A DNA stretch of 64,000 nucleotides. It comes from Candidatus Hydrothermarchaeum profundi. GTDB taxonomy: Archaea > Hydrothermarchaeota > Hydrothermarchaeia > Hydrothermarchaeales > Hydrothermarchaeaceae. The notes under the pieces were generated by a model that saw only the letters and a program-made list of their open reading frames with translations, did not search any database and was not told the DNA's origin. Position numbers and translations under genes: made by a program. This document shows positions 50,451 to 58,489 of this stretch, one piece after another (within the stretch, counting starts at the first letter, position 1; the number at the start of each line of letters is the position of its first letter). The DNA lies in the NCBI GenBank assembly GCA_002011125.2, contig MTMF02000009.1, forward strand, positions 968,989-1,032,988, read 5' to 3'.

Positions 50451-51307
50451 TAGATCACGAGAATATAAGGATGGAAATCCAACAAAAGCAAGAGGGATAT
50501 GGAGTATTGAGAGCACCAACGTTTGGTAGGATAACATCTCAACAGCTTAAAACGCTAGCTAAAATCTCTAGAGAATTTGGTGATGGCTACGCATTACTCA
50601 CCATGAGGAAAGGATTCGAGATACCTTGGATAAATAGAGAGAATTTTGGGAAAGCCCTCTCAGAGATTGAAAAAACGGGTCTAAAAGTAGGGTCTAGTGG
50701 GAATACAGTAAGATCCATACTTCCCTGTGCTGGTCAGGACAGGTGTCCTTTTGACATACTGGAGGTAGGTGTGTTAACCAAGAAAATAAGAAATGAACAC
50801 TATGGCAGACCTATGCCTATGAAATTTAATATAACTCTTTGTGGTTGTCCGAACTATTGTACTCATCCATATCTGAGTGATATAGGGATAATAGGCAGAG
50901 CACGCCCTAGAGTGAACGAGGACAAATGTATAGGTTGTGGTCAATGTGTAAGACTCTGCCGCGGAGATGATGGTGGAGCACTACGTCAAGTAGATACGAA
51001 TGCACCTGAAATTGATTACGAAAAGTGTATAGAGTGTGGGTGGTGTATAAAAAACTGCCCTACTGGTGCAATGGAAGCAGAGAAGCAAGGATGTAGTATA
51101 TTGGTTGGAGGCAAAGGCGGAGCAAATCCAAAACTTGGTGTAGAGTTAATTAGAATAATATCTATAGAAAAGGTAGGCCGTGTTTTAGAGAGAATCGTTC
51201 AATATACGGAGGAATATTCTAGTAAAGGTGAAAGATTGGCTGATGTAATTGAAAAATATTCGTTTGAACACTTTAAGAATTATGTGTTAGGTGAAATCGA
51301 TGACTAA
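50447..51307 (+). CDS. siroheme sulfite/nitrite reductase-like subunit 1 (Dsr-LP/AsrC-like) with 2x[4Fe-4S] ferredoxin insert
   Basis: CAGQDRC (CX5C) and GCPNYC (CX3C) siroheme-cluster ligands; CIGCGQCVRLC and CIECGWCIKNCP; VGGKGG; GERL. Confidence 0.88.
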   Translation: MIDHENIRMEIQQKQEGYGVLRAPTFGRITSQQLKTLAKISREFGDGYALLTMRKGFEIPWINRENFGKALSEIEKTGLKVGSSGNTVRSILPCAGQDRCPFDILEVGVLTKKIRNEHYGRPMPMKFNITLCGCPNYCTHPYLSDIGIIGRARPRVNEDKCIGCGQCVRLCRGDDGGALRQVDTNAPEIDYEKCIECGWCIKNCPTGAMEAEKQGCSILVGGKGGANPKLGVELIRIISIEKVGRVLERIVQYTEEYSSKGERLADVIEKYSFEHFKNYVLGEIDD

Positions 51308-52001
51308 AGTTAGAGGAAGAATTGGCTTATTAGCTCAAAGGCAGAAAGATTACGTAACCATCAGGCTAAGGATACCTTTGGGAAAACTTACGGCAGAGCA
51401 GATGGAGGGAATATCCCAGATCATTGAAGAATATGGAGACGGCTATGCTATACCGACTATTCGTAAAAGCCTAGAAATACCTTGGGTCAGATTTGAGGAT
51501 TCTAATAAAGTTCTAAAAGAGTTAAGGAAAATGGGTCTCTCGGCAGGCTCATGCGGGAGAAAAGTGAGGACAATAGTGGCATGTGCGGGATTAGGACATT
51601 GCATCCATTCTCATAGAAATCTAGAGAAAATGTACTATAAGCTCCTCGGAAATTATTACATGAAAGATACTCCCACTAAATTTAAAATATCCCTCTCCGG
51701 GTGTCACCTTGCTTGTAACCATCCTTATATTAATGACTTTGGAATTATTGCCACTGAAGATGGCTTTTCAATCCTTGTAGGTGGAAAGGGTGGTAGACAC
51801 CCCCAGTTTGGAAAGCTGATAGTTGAAGGAGTATCTGAGGAAGAGGTATTCAATATTCTTGATAAAACCTTGGAATATTTCAGAAAGTATGCTCAAGGCA
51901 GAGAGAGGATTTATGAAGTTATAAAAAGAAATGGCGTAGACCATTTTAGAGGATACGTGTTAGAGGGGGTGAAAGCTTGGCCAAGAGATTCGAAGAATTA
52001 A
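51300..52001 (+). CDS. siroheme sulfite/nitrite reductase-like subunit 2 (no ferredoxin insert)
   Basis: IRLRIPLG, VRTIVACAGLGHC (CX5C), PTKFKI, SGCHLAC (CX3C), VGGKGG. ATG at 51300 after AGGTGA. Confidence 0.88.
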   Translation: MTKVRGRIGLLAQRQKDYVTIRLRIPLGKLTAEQMEGISQIIEEYGDGYAIPTIRKSLEIPWVRFEDSNKVLKELRKMGLSAGSCGRKVRTIVACAGLGHCIHSHRNLEKMYYKLLGNYYMKDTPTKFKISLSGCHLACNHPYINDFGIIATEDGFSILVGGKGGRHPQFGKLIVEGVSEEEVFNILDKTLEYFRKYAQGRERIYEVIKRNGVDHFRGYVLEGVKAWPRDSKN

Positions 52002-53026
52002 AAAAAGAAGTGATAGACAAAGGTTTTTGTGTACACTGTGGTGCTTGTAGCGCATTTTGCAATCGCATAAAGCTTAATGCGTCTCCACAGCTTGTCGGGA
52101 AATGTGTGGAGAGCTGTTCATCTCCTTATGGAACTGATGGGGTATGTTATGAGCATTGTCCAATGGTTAAAAGCTTTGATGAAAAACATATCTTTCAAAG
52201 GAATACTTCCGATCCATTAGGGATATATATTTCATTAAAGTCAGCTCGTGCTCATGATAATAGTCTTAACGGTGTTCAGGATGGAGGTGTTGCAACAGCC
52301 TTGCTTAAGGCAGCATTTGAAGATGGAGAGATAGATGCAGCTATCGTGGTAGGTAGAGATGAGCTATGGAGAAGTCAACCTAAAATAGCGTGGTCGGTTA
52401 AAGACTTAATAGGTACTTCTGGGTCTAAATACACTGAAACGCCTGTTATAGAACTCGTAGGTAAACTTTCTCGAGAAGGCGCAAGTAGTGTCGCAGTTGT
52501 CGCTGTGCCATGTCAAATACAGGCGCTCCGGAATTTAGAATACGGGCTTCTCTATCCAAATGGGTTCTCCCCTTACTCAGACATGATGCTGTACACGATA
52601 GGCTTGTTCTGTTCAGGTGTATTCAACTATAAAGAACTTGTAAATAGACTTGATGTAGACTTGAAATATGTTGATAAAATGGACATAAAGGATAGTAAAT
52701 TTAAAGTGGAAGGGAAAATTACCAAAACTTTGCCTCTTAGTAGAGTAAAAAAAGCTTTATTACCCGCATGCAAATATTGCAGGGACTACACCGCAAGACT
52801 CGCTGACATATCTTTAGGCTCTGTAGGGTCCCCAAAAGGTTGGACTACAGTAATCGTTAGAAATCCAAATGGAAGCTGGCTGTTAACAAATGCTAAAAAT
52901 TTAGGATTAATAGAGGTGAAGCGAGGTCTAAGTGAAAATGTACTAAGAACTCATGTTGATAAAAGAATAAAAAATGTGAGTAAGGAATGTATGAAAGCTA
53001 ATGAGATTCCGCCTTCATTTAAGTAA
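51977..53026 (+). CDS. F420-interacting FrhB/FpoF-family flavoprotein with N-terminal ferredoxin (Fsr N-half-like)
   Basis: CVHCGACSAFC...CYEHCP, QDGGVATALL, GSKY, PCQIQALR, IGLFC, CKYC.DY...ADIS.GSVGSP.GWTTVIVR. Confidence 0.9.
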   Translation: MAKRFEELKKEVIDKGFCVHCGACSAFCNRIKLNASPQLVGKCVESCSSPYGTDGVCYEHCPMVKSFDEKHIFQRNTSDPLGIYISLKSARAHDNSLNGVQDGGVATALLKAAFEDGEIDAAIVVGRDELWRSQPKIAWSVKDLIGTSGSKYTETPVIELVGKLSREGASSVAVVAVPCQIQALRNLEYGLLYPNGFSPYSDMMLYTIGLFCSGVFNYKELVNRLDVDLKYVDKMDIKDSKFKVEGKITKTLPLSRVKKALLPACKYCRDYTARLADISLGSVGSPKGWTTVIVRNPNGSWLLTNAKNLGLIEVKRGLSENVLRTHVDKRIKNVSKECMKANEIPPSFK

Positions 53027-53375
53027 AACAGGCATCGCAATCGTTTGGCACTATGCTGGCTTCTTTATGCGGGCCGCAAAGAGTTTTATCTGATTTTGCA
53101 GCTTCACATATTCTACATATCTCTTTATATGGGTTATGTTTTTCTCCAGAGATTATCTTATCAGCAAACTCAGATATAGCGGCTTTAGCATTTTCTTTGA
53201 GTTCAATTTTTTTCCCACGCTTTCCTTTCAAATATTGAGAAACAGCCGCTTCTGTAACCCCCATTACTGATGCCACTTCCTTCTGACTCATCCCGCGGCT
53301 GATTAGTTCTTTTGCTAGGTCTGATTTTATTGCCGGTAAAACATACCATACTACTAATTCACAGGGAGCTTTCAT
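53019..53375 (-). CDS. HTH transcriptional regulator with Cys-rich C-terminus (COG2522-like)
   Basis: PCE.....LPAI...LAKEL...GMSQKEVA..MGVT.AAVSQYL.GKRG; ICRIC...C..H....C.AC. Confidence 0.85.
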   Translation of the reverse strand: MKAPCELVVWYVLPAIKSDLAKELISRGMSQKEVASVMGVTEAAVSQYLKGKRGKKIELKENAKAAISEFADKIISGEKHNPYKEICRICEAAKSDKTLCGPHKEASIVPNDCDACFT

Positions 53376-53393
53376 AATAGTTTATAAAATAAC

Positions 53394-53468
53394 TTAACGC
53401 CTATTAATTTTTTTGAATAAAAAATCTTTAATTATGATAATACATACGTCAGCTTTCATAGGCGTTAG
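53394..53468. promoter_or_regulatory. degenerate TTAAC-N4-GTTAA sites upstream of the regulator gene
   Basis: TTAACGCCTATTAA (53394-53407) and its inverted partner TTCATAGGCGTTAG (53455-53468); they share a perfect 10-bp inverted core, TAACGCCTAT/ATAGGCGTTA. Confidence 0.5.
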
Positions 53469-53475
53469 AAATTAC

Positions 53476-53520
53476 GAATTTGGTCTAGAATATGGTGAAA
53501 TTTGGGTGAAAATTCGGGAA
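53476..53520 (+). promoter_or_regulatory. phased AATTTGG-like direct repeats upstream of the ccm operon
   Basis: AATTTGG/AATATGG/AATTTGG/AATTCGG at 53477, 53489, 53499 and 53511, upstream of an A-rich TATA-like element. Confidence 0.5.
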
Positions 53521-53555
53521 AAACAAATAAAAAGGGTTGTGGATGCTAAATTTTA

Positions 53556-53831
53556 ATGTTATATGAGATTTCTACCATAGCAGCTCTTGGAAACGTACTT
53601 CTCTTACTAATACTCCTCTACATTTTTATTCAAAACTATAGAAAAATACCTTCTAGTTTTACATTTGGTCTGGTTATTTTTGCATCCATTTTATTAGTTG
53701 ATTCCCTGTTTTCCTGTTCTGCATTCCTTCCAAGTCTTATTACACAGTTTATCCCTCACCAGATTCATACTCTTCCGCCTGTTCTAGAATTTATAGCGCT
53801 AGTAGTGCTGATAAGTATAGTAATAAAGTGA
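53556..53831 (+). CDS. small 3-TM membrane protein (paralog of 63245..63523)
   Basis: MLYEI...LGN..LL...YIF.Q.YRK..S.FT.GL..FA.ILL is shared with the minus-strand copy. Confidence 0.8.
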   Translation: MLYEISTIAALGNVLLLLILLYIFIQNYRKIPSSFTFGLVIFASILLVDSLFSCSAFLPSLITQFIPHQIHTLPPVLEFIALVVLISIVIK

Positions 53832-53838
53832 CGGTATT

Positions 53839-54321
53839 ATGAAACCAAAGAAAATAATAACCATATCAGTCGTGGTGGTTCTTCTCCTATTTGTATACTA
53901 CTCAATGAATGCTGCTCCTCTAATAAGCGATGAAAAGTATACTTACATTAGCGGTTTGAGATGGTACAATACCTTCGAAGAAGGTCAAAGGGTTGCGTTA
54001 GAGCAAAATAAACCTATCTTTATTTATTTCTGGGCGATATGGTGCACATACTGCGAAAAATTACATACTGAAGTTTATCCAAACCCGGAAATCAATAGGA
54101 TCTTAAAAGAAGACTATGTACTTGTAGCGGTGGATCTAGATACTAACAAAAAAGATGCAGCTAGATTTGGAGCAACGTATCCTCCAAAGCTTGTGTTCAT
54201 TACGCCAGATGGTGAAATAATAACTGAAATTGGAGGTTATGTTCCAGCGGAATCTCTACTTCCTGTTCTACAAAATGTAAAAGCCTTCTATCAAAATAGA
54301 ATTAGTTCCGGTGGTGGTTAA
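53839..54321 (+). CDS. membrane-anchored thioredoxin-fold protein (CcmG/SoxW-like)
   Basis: N-terminal TM, WAIWCTYC, cis-Pro region YPP..F..PDGE.I..I.GY. Confidence 0.88.
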   Translation: MKPKKIITISVVVVLLLFVYYSMNAAPLISDEKYTYISGLRWYNTFEEGQRVALEQNKPIFIYFWAIWCTYCEKLHTEVYPNPEINRILKEDYVLVAVDLDTNKKDAARFGATYPPKLVFITPDGEIITEIGGYVPAESLLPVLQNVKAFYQNRISSGGG

Positions 54322-56667
54322 GTGAATCTAGGTAATCTATTGCTATATAGTGCATTTTCCATCGGGTCTTTGATTATTTTATTATTATTGATAAATCTAA
54401 TCAAGAACATTCAAGTTGAAAGATATGTTCAATGGCTAGTGAGAGCTTTTTTTATGATATTACTCGCGGATATGAGTCTGCTTACTTACTATTTCATCGT
54501 GAGCGATATTTCAGTAAATTACGTATGGACATTTACGAGTAAGTATCTCCCACTTTTATACAAATTATCTGGCGTATTGGCTGGACAACAAGGAACACTA
54601 TTATTCTGGGCATTTTTAATAAGTATAAGTGCTCTATGGATTAATGAGAGAAAAGAGTATAGCGATTTTATAAAAAAAGTCCAGATAATTGTATTGTTAC
54701 TAGGATTATTCTTTATTGCTTTAACGATCAAAGAATCACCTTTTATCACGATATATGATCTCTATCCAGACTTACCGAGAGATTTCCTTCCAGAAGACGG
54801 CGCTGGACTTAATCCCCTTCTAATCGACCCTTGGATGGCTGTTCATCCTCCGGTAATTTTTATAGCTTATGCAACTATGACTATTCCTTTTGCAGTCGCC
54901 GTAGTTTACCTTATTAAGTCTATAAAAGAGGACACCTTAAAAGTGTATAGTGAATGGAGTCATATTGTGACCTTCTGGTGCAGGATTTCTTGGCTTTTTC
55001 TTACATGGGGGATCGCGGTCGGCGGTTTTTGGGCCTATAAAGTACTCGGTTGGGGCGGTTACTGGGCTTGGGATCCTGTGGAAACATCTTCTCTTATCCC
55101 GTGGATCCTTTTGACAGGAGCTCTCCACGCTCTATCCGAAAATAGGAAAAAAAAGGAGAGTTATAATATATTAGCTCCAGTGCTGGTTGCGTTGTCTTTT
55201 TCACTAGTGGTATACGCTACATTAGTTACTAGAAGTGGATTTTTTGAATCCGTGCATGCCTTCAGCACCGGGCAAACAGGATTTTATCTATTAATTTTGG
55301 TTGTAGTGAGCATACTGGTTTCTCTCATTTTAGGAAGTATAAAGTACGTTAAGAGAGTTGATAGGCACGTAGAAGATATTGATAATGGAGAGATTACTCT
55401 GGTGAATAGGACAAATATATTCTATCTTGCAATATTATTGTTTGTAATATTAACTTTTATATCCTTCTGGGGGATCACATTTCCGGCGTTGACAAAACTA
55501 GCTATGGGGAAAAAAATTGGTATGGGTATTTCGTTTTTTAATATTTGGAGTTATCCTTTTATAATATTGCTAATGCTTTTCGGCGGACTAGGGCTAAATT
55601 ACAAGCATTCTGAAAAAAAGAAGCAACTACGAGTATTCGGTTTATTTATCCTCATTACTTTGATAGCGGCTGTAATTAAGCCCTCAGAATCATGGAAAAT
55701 TGTAGAATATTCCGCCATCATCAATCCCGAAAAGCCATTTCTATATAGGCTGATTGGCGGTGCCTCCCCCTTAAGCATAATACCCCCTTCTATTTACCTG
55801 ACTTGGGGTGCGAGTGAAAGGCTTTTGCGAAGATTTAAGAGTAAGTCCATGGAGCTAAAAATAAAGGAAGTAGGGATTTTTATCATACATGTCGGAGTTG
55901 TTTTAATCATAGCTGGTTCTGTAGTTAGTACTCTTTTCGATAAAGAGTTCAGTACTAGAGTCACTATAGGAAATTCTGAGCTTGTACGGATTGAAGGGAC
56001 CCCTTATGCGGTTAAACTTCTTGGCTTTGACACAGAGGTAGTATATATAGAAGATTCTGCGAGTAATGATATACCGGGGGATAGTCTAGATGAATTTTAC
56101 ACGAAAATCGGGGAAGAGGATGTCTATTTAGTGCATGGTAAGGTAGAGGAAACTGTACAAACGGAACATAATACTTATATGAAACTTGTAGATAACGGCA
56201 GAGAGTTATGGGTCGCTACTAATAGGGTAGACATCCCTAAGGGTGCCCTAGTTGTACTATCTGGAAATGTGATGTTTGATTTTGCAAGTCCAACTTTAAA
56301 CAGAGTTTTCGATATAATACTTTTCGCTCCGCATGTAGAGGTATATAGTATGGAGCCTGAAAGATATTCGACAACAGAACTAGTTAAAGTAGCGGTATAC
56401 AATGGCCATAACAAAATAGGGGAGGGTACTGCTAAGTCGATTACCTATAAAAATGGAAATGTCAACAAGGTAATGATTGATAGATCATTGACTAAGGATG
56501 TTTATGTTATCTACACAGGAAAGAACGGCCAAGAAATACCTTTAACAATTAAGATTAAGCCGTACGTAAGCTGGACTTGGGTAGGTGTGGTGTTGTTTTC
56601 GGTGGGCATACTTTTTATATTATTTTTTGATCCGGTTGTTAAAGAGAGGAGGTATCAAGCTGAATAG
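54322..56667 (+). CDS. ccmF: cytochrome c heme lyase CcmF with inserted OB-fold (NrfJ-like) domain
   Basis: AGQQGTLLFW, GLNPLL.DPWM..HPP, WAY..LGWGGYWAWDPVE, VTRSG...SVHAF, HVG, KP...W.W.G. Confidence 0.92.
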   Translation: MNLGNLLLYSAFSIGSLIILLLLINLIKNIQVERYVQWLVRAFFMILLADMSLLTYYFIVSDISVNYVWTFTSKYLPLLYKLSGVLAGQQGTLLFWAFLISISALWINERKEYSDFIKKVQIIVLLLGLFFIALTIKESPFITIYDLYPDLPRDFLPEDGAGLNPLLIDPWMAVHPPVIFIAYATMTIPFAVAVVYLIKSIKEDTLKVYSEWSHIVTFWCRISWLFLTWGIAVGGFWAYKVLGWGGYWAWDPVETSSLIPWILLTGALHALSENRKKKESYNILAPVLVALSFSLVVYATLVTRSGFFESVHAFSTGQTGFYLLILVVVSILVSLILGSIKYVKRVDRHVEDIDNGEITLVNRTNIFYLAILLFVILTFISFWGITFPALTKLAMGKKIGMGISFFNIWSYPFIILLMLFGGLGLNYKHSEKKKQLRVFGLFILITLIAAVIKPSESWKIVEYSAIINPEKPFLYRLIGGASPLSIIPPSIYLTWGASERLLRRFKSKSMELKIKEVGIFIIHVGVVLIIAGSVVSTLFDKEFSTRVTIGNSELVRIEGTPYAVKLLGFDTEVVYIEDSASNDIPGDSLDEFYTKIGEEDVYLVHGKVEETVQTEHNTYMKLVDNGRELWVATNRVDIPKGALVVLSGNVMFDFASPTLNRVFDIILFAPHVEVYSMEPERYSTTELVKVAVYNGHNKIGEGTAKSITYKNGNVNKVMIDRSLTKDVYVIYTGKNGQEIPLTIKIKPYVSWTWVGVVLFSVGILFILFFDPVVKERRYQAE

Positions 56668-57382
56668 TGAGCCATCATTTGTCTTAGCATTCCTTGCTGG
56701 ACTCTTAACGGTTACTACCCCTTGTGTCATCCCAATCCTCCCCCCAATGTTAGCCGGATCTATCGGTCATAAGCTTAGACCTTTTTTTATTGTATTAGGA
56801 AGCTCCATAACGTTTACCTTAATGGGGGGAGCTTTCGCAGCAATAGGCCTCTTAGCGTCAGGGGTTACAGAATATATGAGACTATTTTTTATTTTCTTTA
56901 TCATAGCTTTTGGAGCAGTAATGGTGGATGAAGATATCAATAAAGTATATACGAAATACGCAACAGTTGTAGTCAATAGATTATTAAGTCGAAAAGGAAG
57001 TAATTCCTCAAGAAACTTTCACCCACTAGTAGGAGCTTTTGTGTTAGGGCTTTCTCTGGGTATAGTGTGGATTCCATGCGTCGGCCCTATATTGGGGGCT
57101 GTACTTGCATATGCTTCAACAACAGCTAACTTAGCTAAGGGGTCTCTTTTGTTGATGACGTATTCTTTTGGGCTTGGACTTCCGATGCTTGGGATAGCTT
57201 ACGGGGGCAAATATGCTTCTGTAAAAGTAGAATGGGTTAAGGTCCATTCTATTACGATAAGAAAGATTGCTGGATGGGTAATTATCCTCACAGGGATAGC
57301 TATGCTCTTTGGTCTTGATAGACTTGTACAAGCTGGTCTTACTCCGTATTTCCCGAGTTTTGAAGAGAGGTTGCTAAAATGA
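56660..57382 (+). CDS. ccdA: CcdA / DsbD transmembrane thiol-disulfide transporter
   Basis: PCVIPILP and W.PCVGPILG; about 6 TM. Start uncertain (CTG 56660 after GGAGGT, or TTG 56636; track start 56585). Confidence 0.88.
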   Translation: MNSEPSFVLAFLAGLLTVTTPCVIPILPPMLAGSIGHKLRPFFIVLGSSITFTLMGGAFAAIGLLASGVTEYMRLFFIFFIIAFGAVMVDEDINKVYTKYATVVVNRLLSRKGSNSSRNFHPLVGAFVLGLSLGIVWIPCVGPILGAVLAYASTTANLAKGSLLLMTYSFGLGLPMLGIAYGGKYASVKVEWVKVHSITIRKIAGWVIILTGIAMLFGLDRLVQAGLTPYFPSFEERLLK

Positions 57383-58392
57383 GTGAAAAGGGAGACCGCT
57401 TTAAGATAAATTGGGGGCATAGGTATCTTATAATTGTGGCAGGGCTTTTCTTTATTGCTGGATTCTCATCAGGGTATGTGTTCTTTAGTGATGGAGAAAA
57501 TGAGAAAATTTGTCCATTTAGTTTTAATATAACCCTGTCTAATGAACTCTTTGCTGATGTCATTGGTGAAAAGGCAGCGAGTTATGTAGATGAAAAATTT
57601 CTAAGGCCGCAAGGAGCTTCAGGGGAACTGGTAAAAGTTGAGAGCTATGGGGATAGTCTCTATAGAGTTATAATACGTGCTACTAAGGAGGGTGTTACTC
57701 AGACGATTTCGTTACTCGCTACAAGAGATGGTAAGTTAATACTACTAGGTGAGGGCGGAGGCGTGGTCGAGATTCCAGAATCCTATGAAGCAAACCTCAC
57801 TTTTAGGGAGGTAGCTAAAACTGATGCTATCTACATAACCTCAGGATTGGAAATAAGACCAGAGATGGCCGCATATATTCGGGGATCAAAAGATGCTCCT
57901 ATAACTTTTGTAGAATTCAATGATTTTCAGTGTCCATTTTGTAAAAGGTTCAGGGATCAGAGTTTAGATCTTATTCTAACAAAATATGAAGGAAAAATCC
58001 GTTATGTTCTTTTAGATTTCCCTATTACTTCAATTCATCCTCAAGCACCTCTGGCACATATTGCCGCTAGGTGTGCGGGTGAACAAGGAAAATACTTCGA
58101 ATATCATAACAAGCTCTTTGCTAAACAAGAAAGTTGGTCTAGGATGCCTCCAGATTCTGTAGAAGAGATAAATGAGTTTGAAAGCTACGCAGTTGAGCTT
58201 GGATTAGATGAGGTGAAGTTTTCTCAATGCCTAAACTCAAGAAAGTATGAGAACGCGGTATTATCAAACATGGAGATAGGAGCTAGAGCGGGTGTTACAG
58301 GAACTCCAACTTTCTTTATAAACGGTCAGAAAGTCGGTGGAGCGCAACCTTATCAAGTCTTCGAATCTGTCATAGAATCTCAACTAAGTTAG
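57379..58392 (+). CDS. membrane-anchored DsbA-family oxidoreductase
   Basis: N-terminal TM, G..DAPIT.VEF.DFQCPFC, FP...HP.A..A..AARCA.EQGK, GVTGTPTFFING. Confidence 0.92.
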   Translation: MSEKGDRFKINWGHRYLIIVAGLFFIAGFSSGYVFFSDGENEKICPFSFNITLSNELFADVIGEKAASYVDEKFLRPQGASGELVKVESYGDSLYRVIIRATKEGVTQTISLLATRDGKLILLGEGGGVVEIPESYEANLTFREVAKTDAIYITSGLEIRPEMAAYIRGSKDAPITFVEFNDFQCPFCKRFRDQSLDLILTKYEGKIRYVLLDFPITSIHPQAPLAHIAARCAGEQGKYFEYHNKLFAKQESWSRMPPDSVEEINEFESYAVELGLDEVKFSQCLNSRKYENAVLSNMEIGARAGVTGTPTFFINGQKVGGAQPYQVFESVIESQLS

Positions 58393-58435
58393 GATATTTA
58401 GAAAAAAATCAAAATTTCATAAACATAAATCACCG

Positions 58436-58470
58436 GAAATTTGGGTAAAAGTTGGTGTAAATTCTGGAAA
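58436..58470 (+). promoter_or_regulatory. phased AATTTGG-like direct repeats upstream of the DUF1573 operon
   Basis: AATTTGG (58438), AAGTTGG (58449), AATTCTGG (58460) at an 11-bp period. The 11-mer GAAATTTGGGT is identical to 53497-53507; TTAAATAA follows. Confidence 0.5.
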
Positions 58471-58489
58471 ATGTTCTTAAATAATCATT

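Noticed and set aside
50447-52001. Calling the siroheme pair dsrA/dsrB
   Set aside because: They are much shorter than DsrA/DsrB, lack their N-terminal regions, and no dsrC/dsrMK is adjacent; they are better described as Dsr-LP/AsrC-like.
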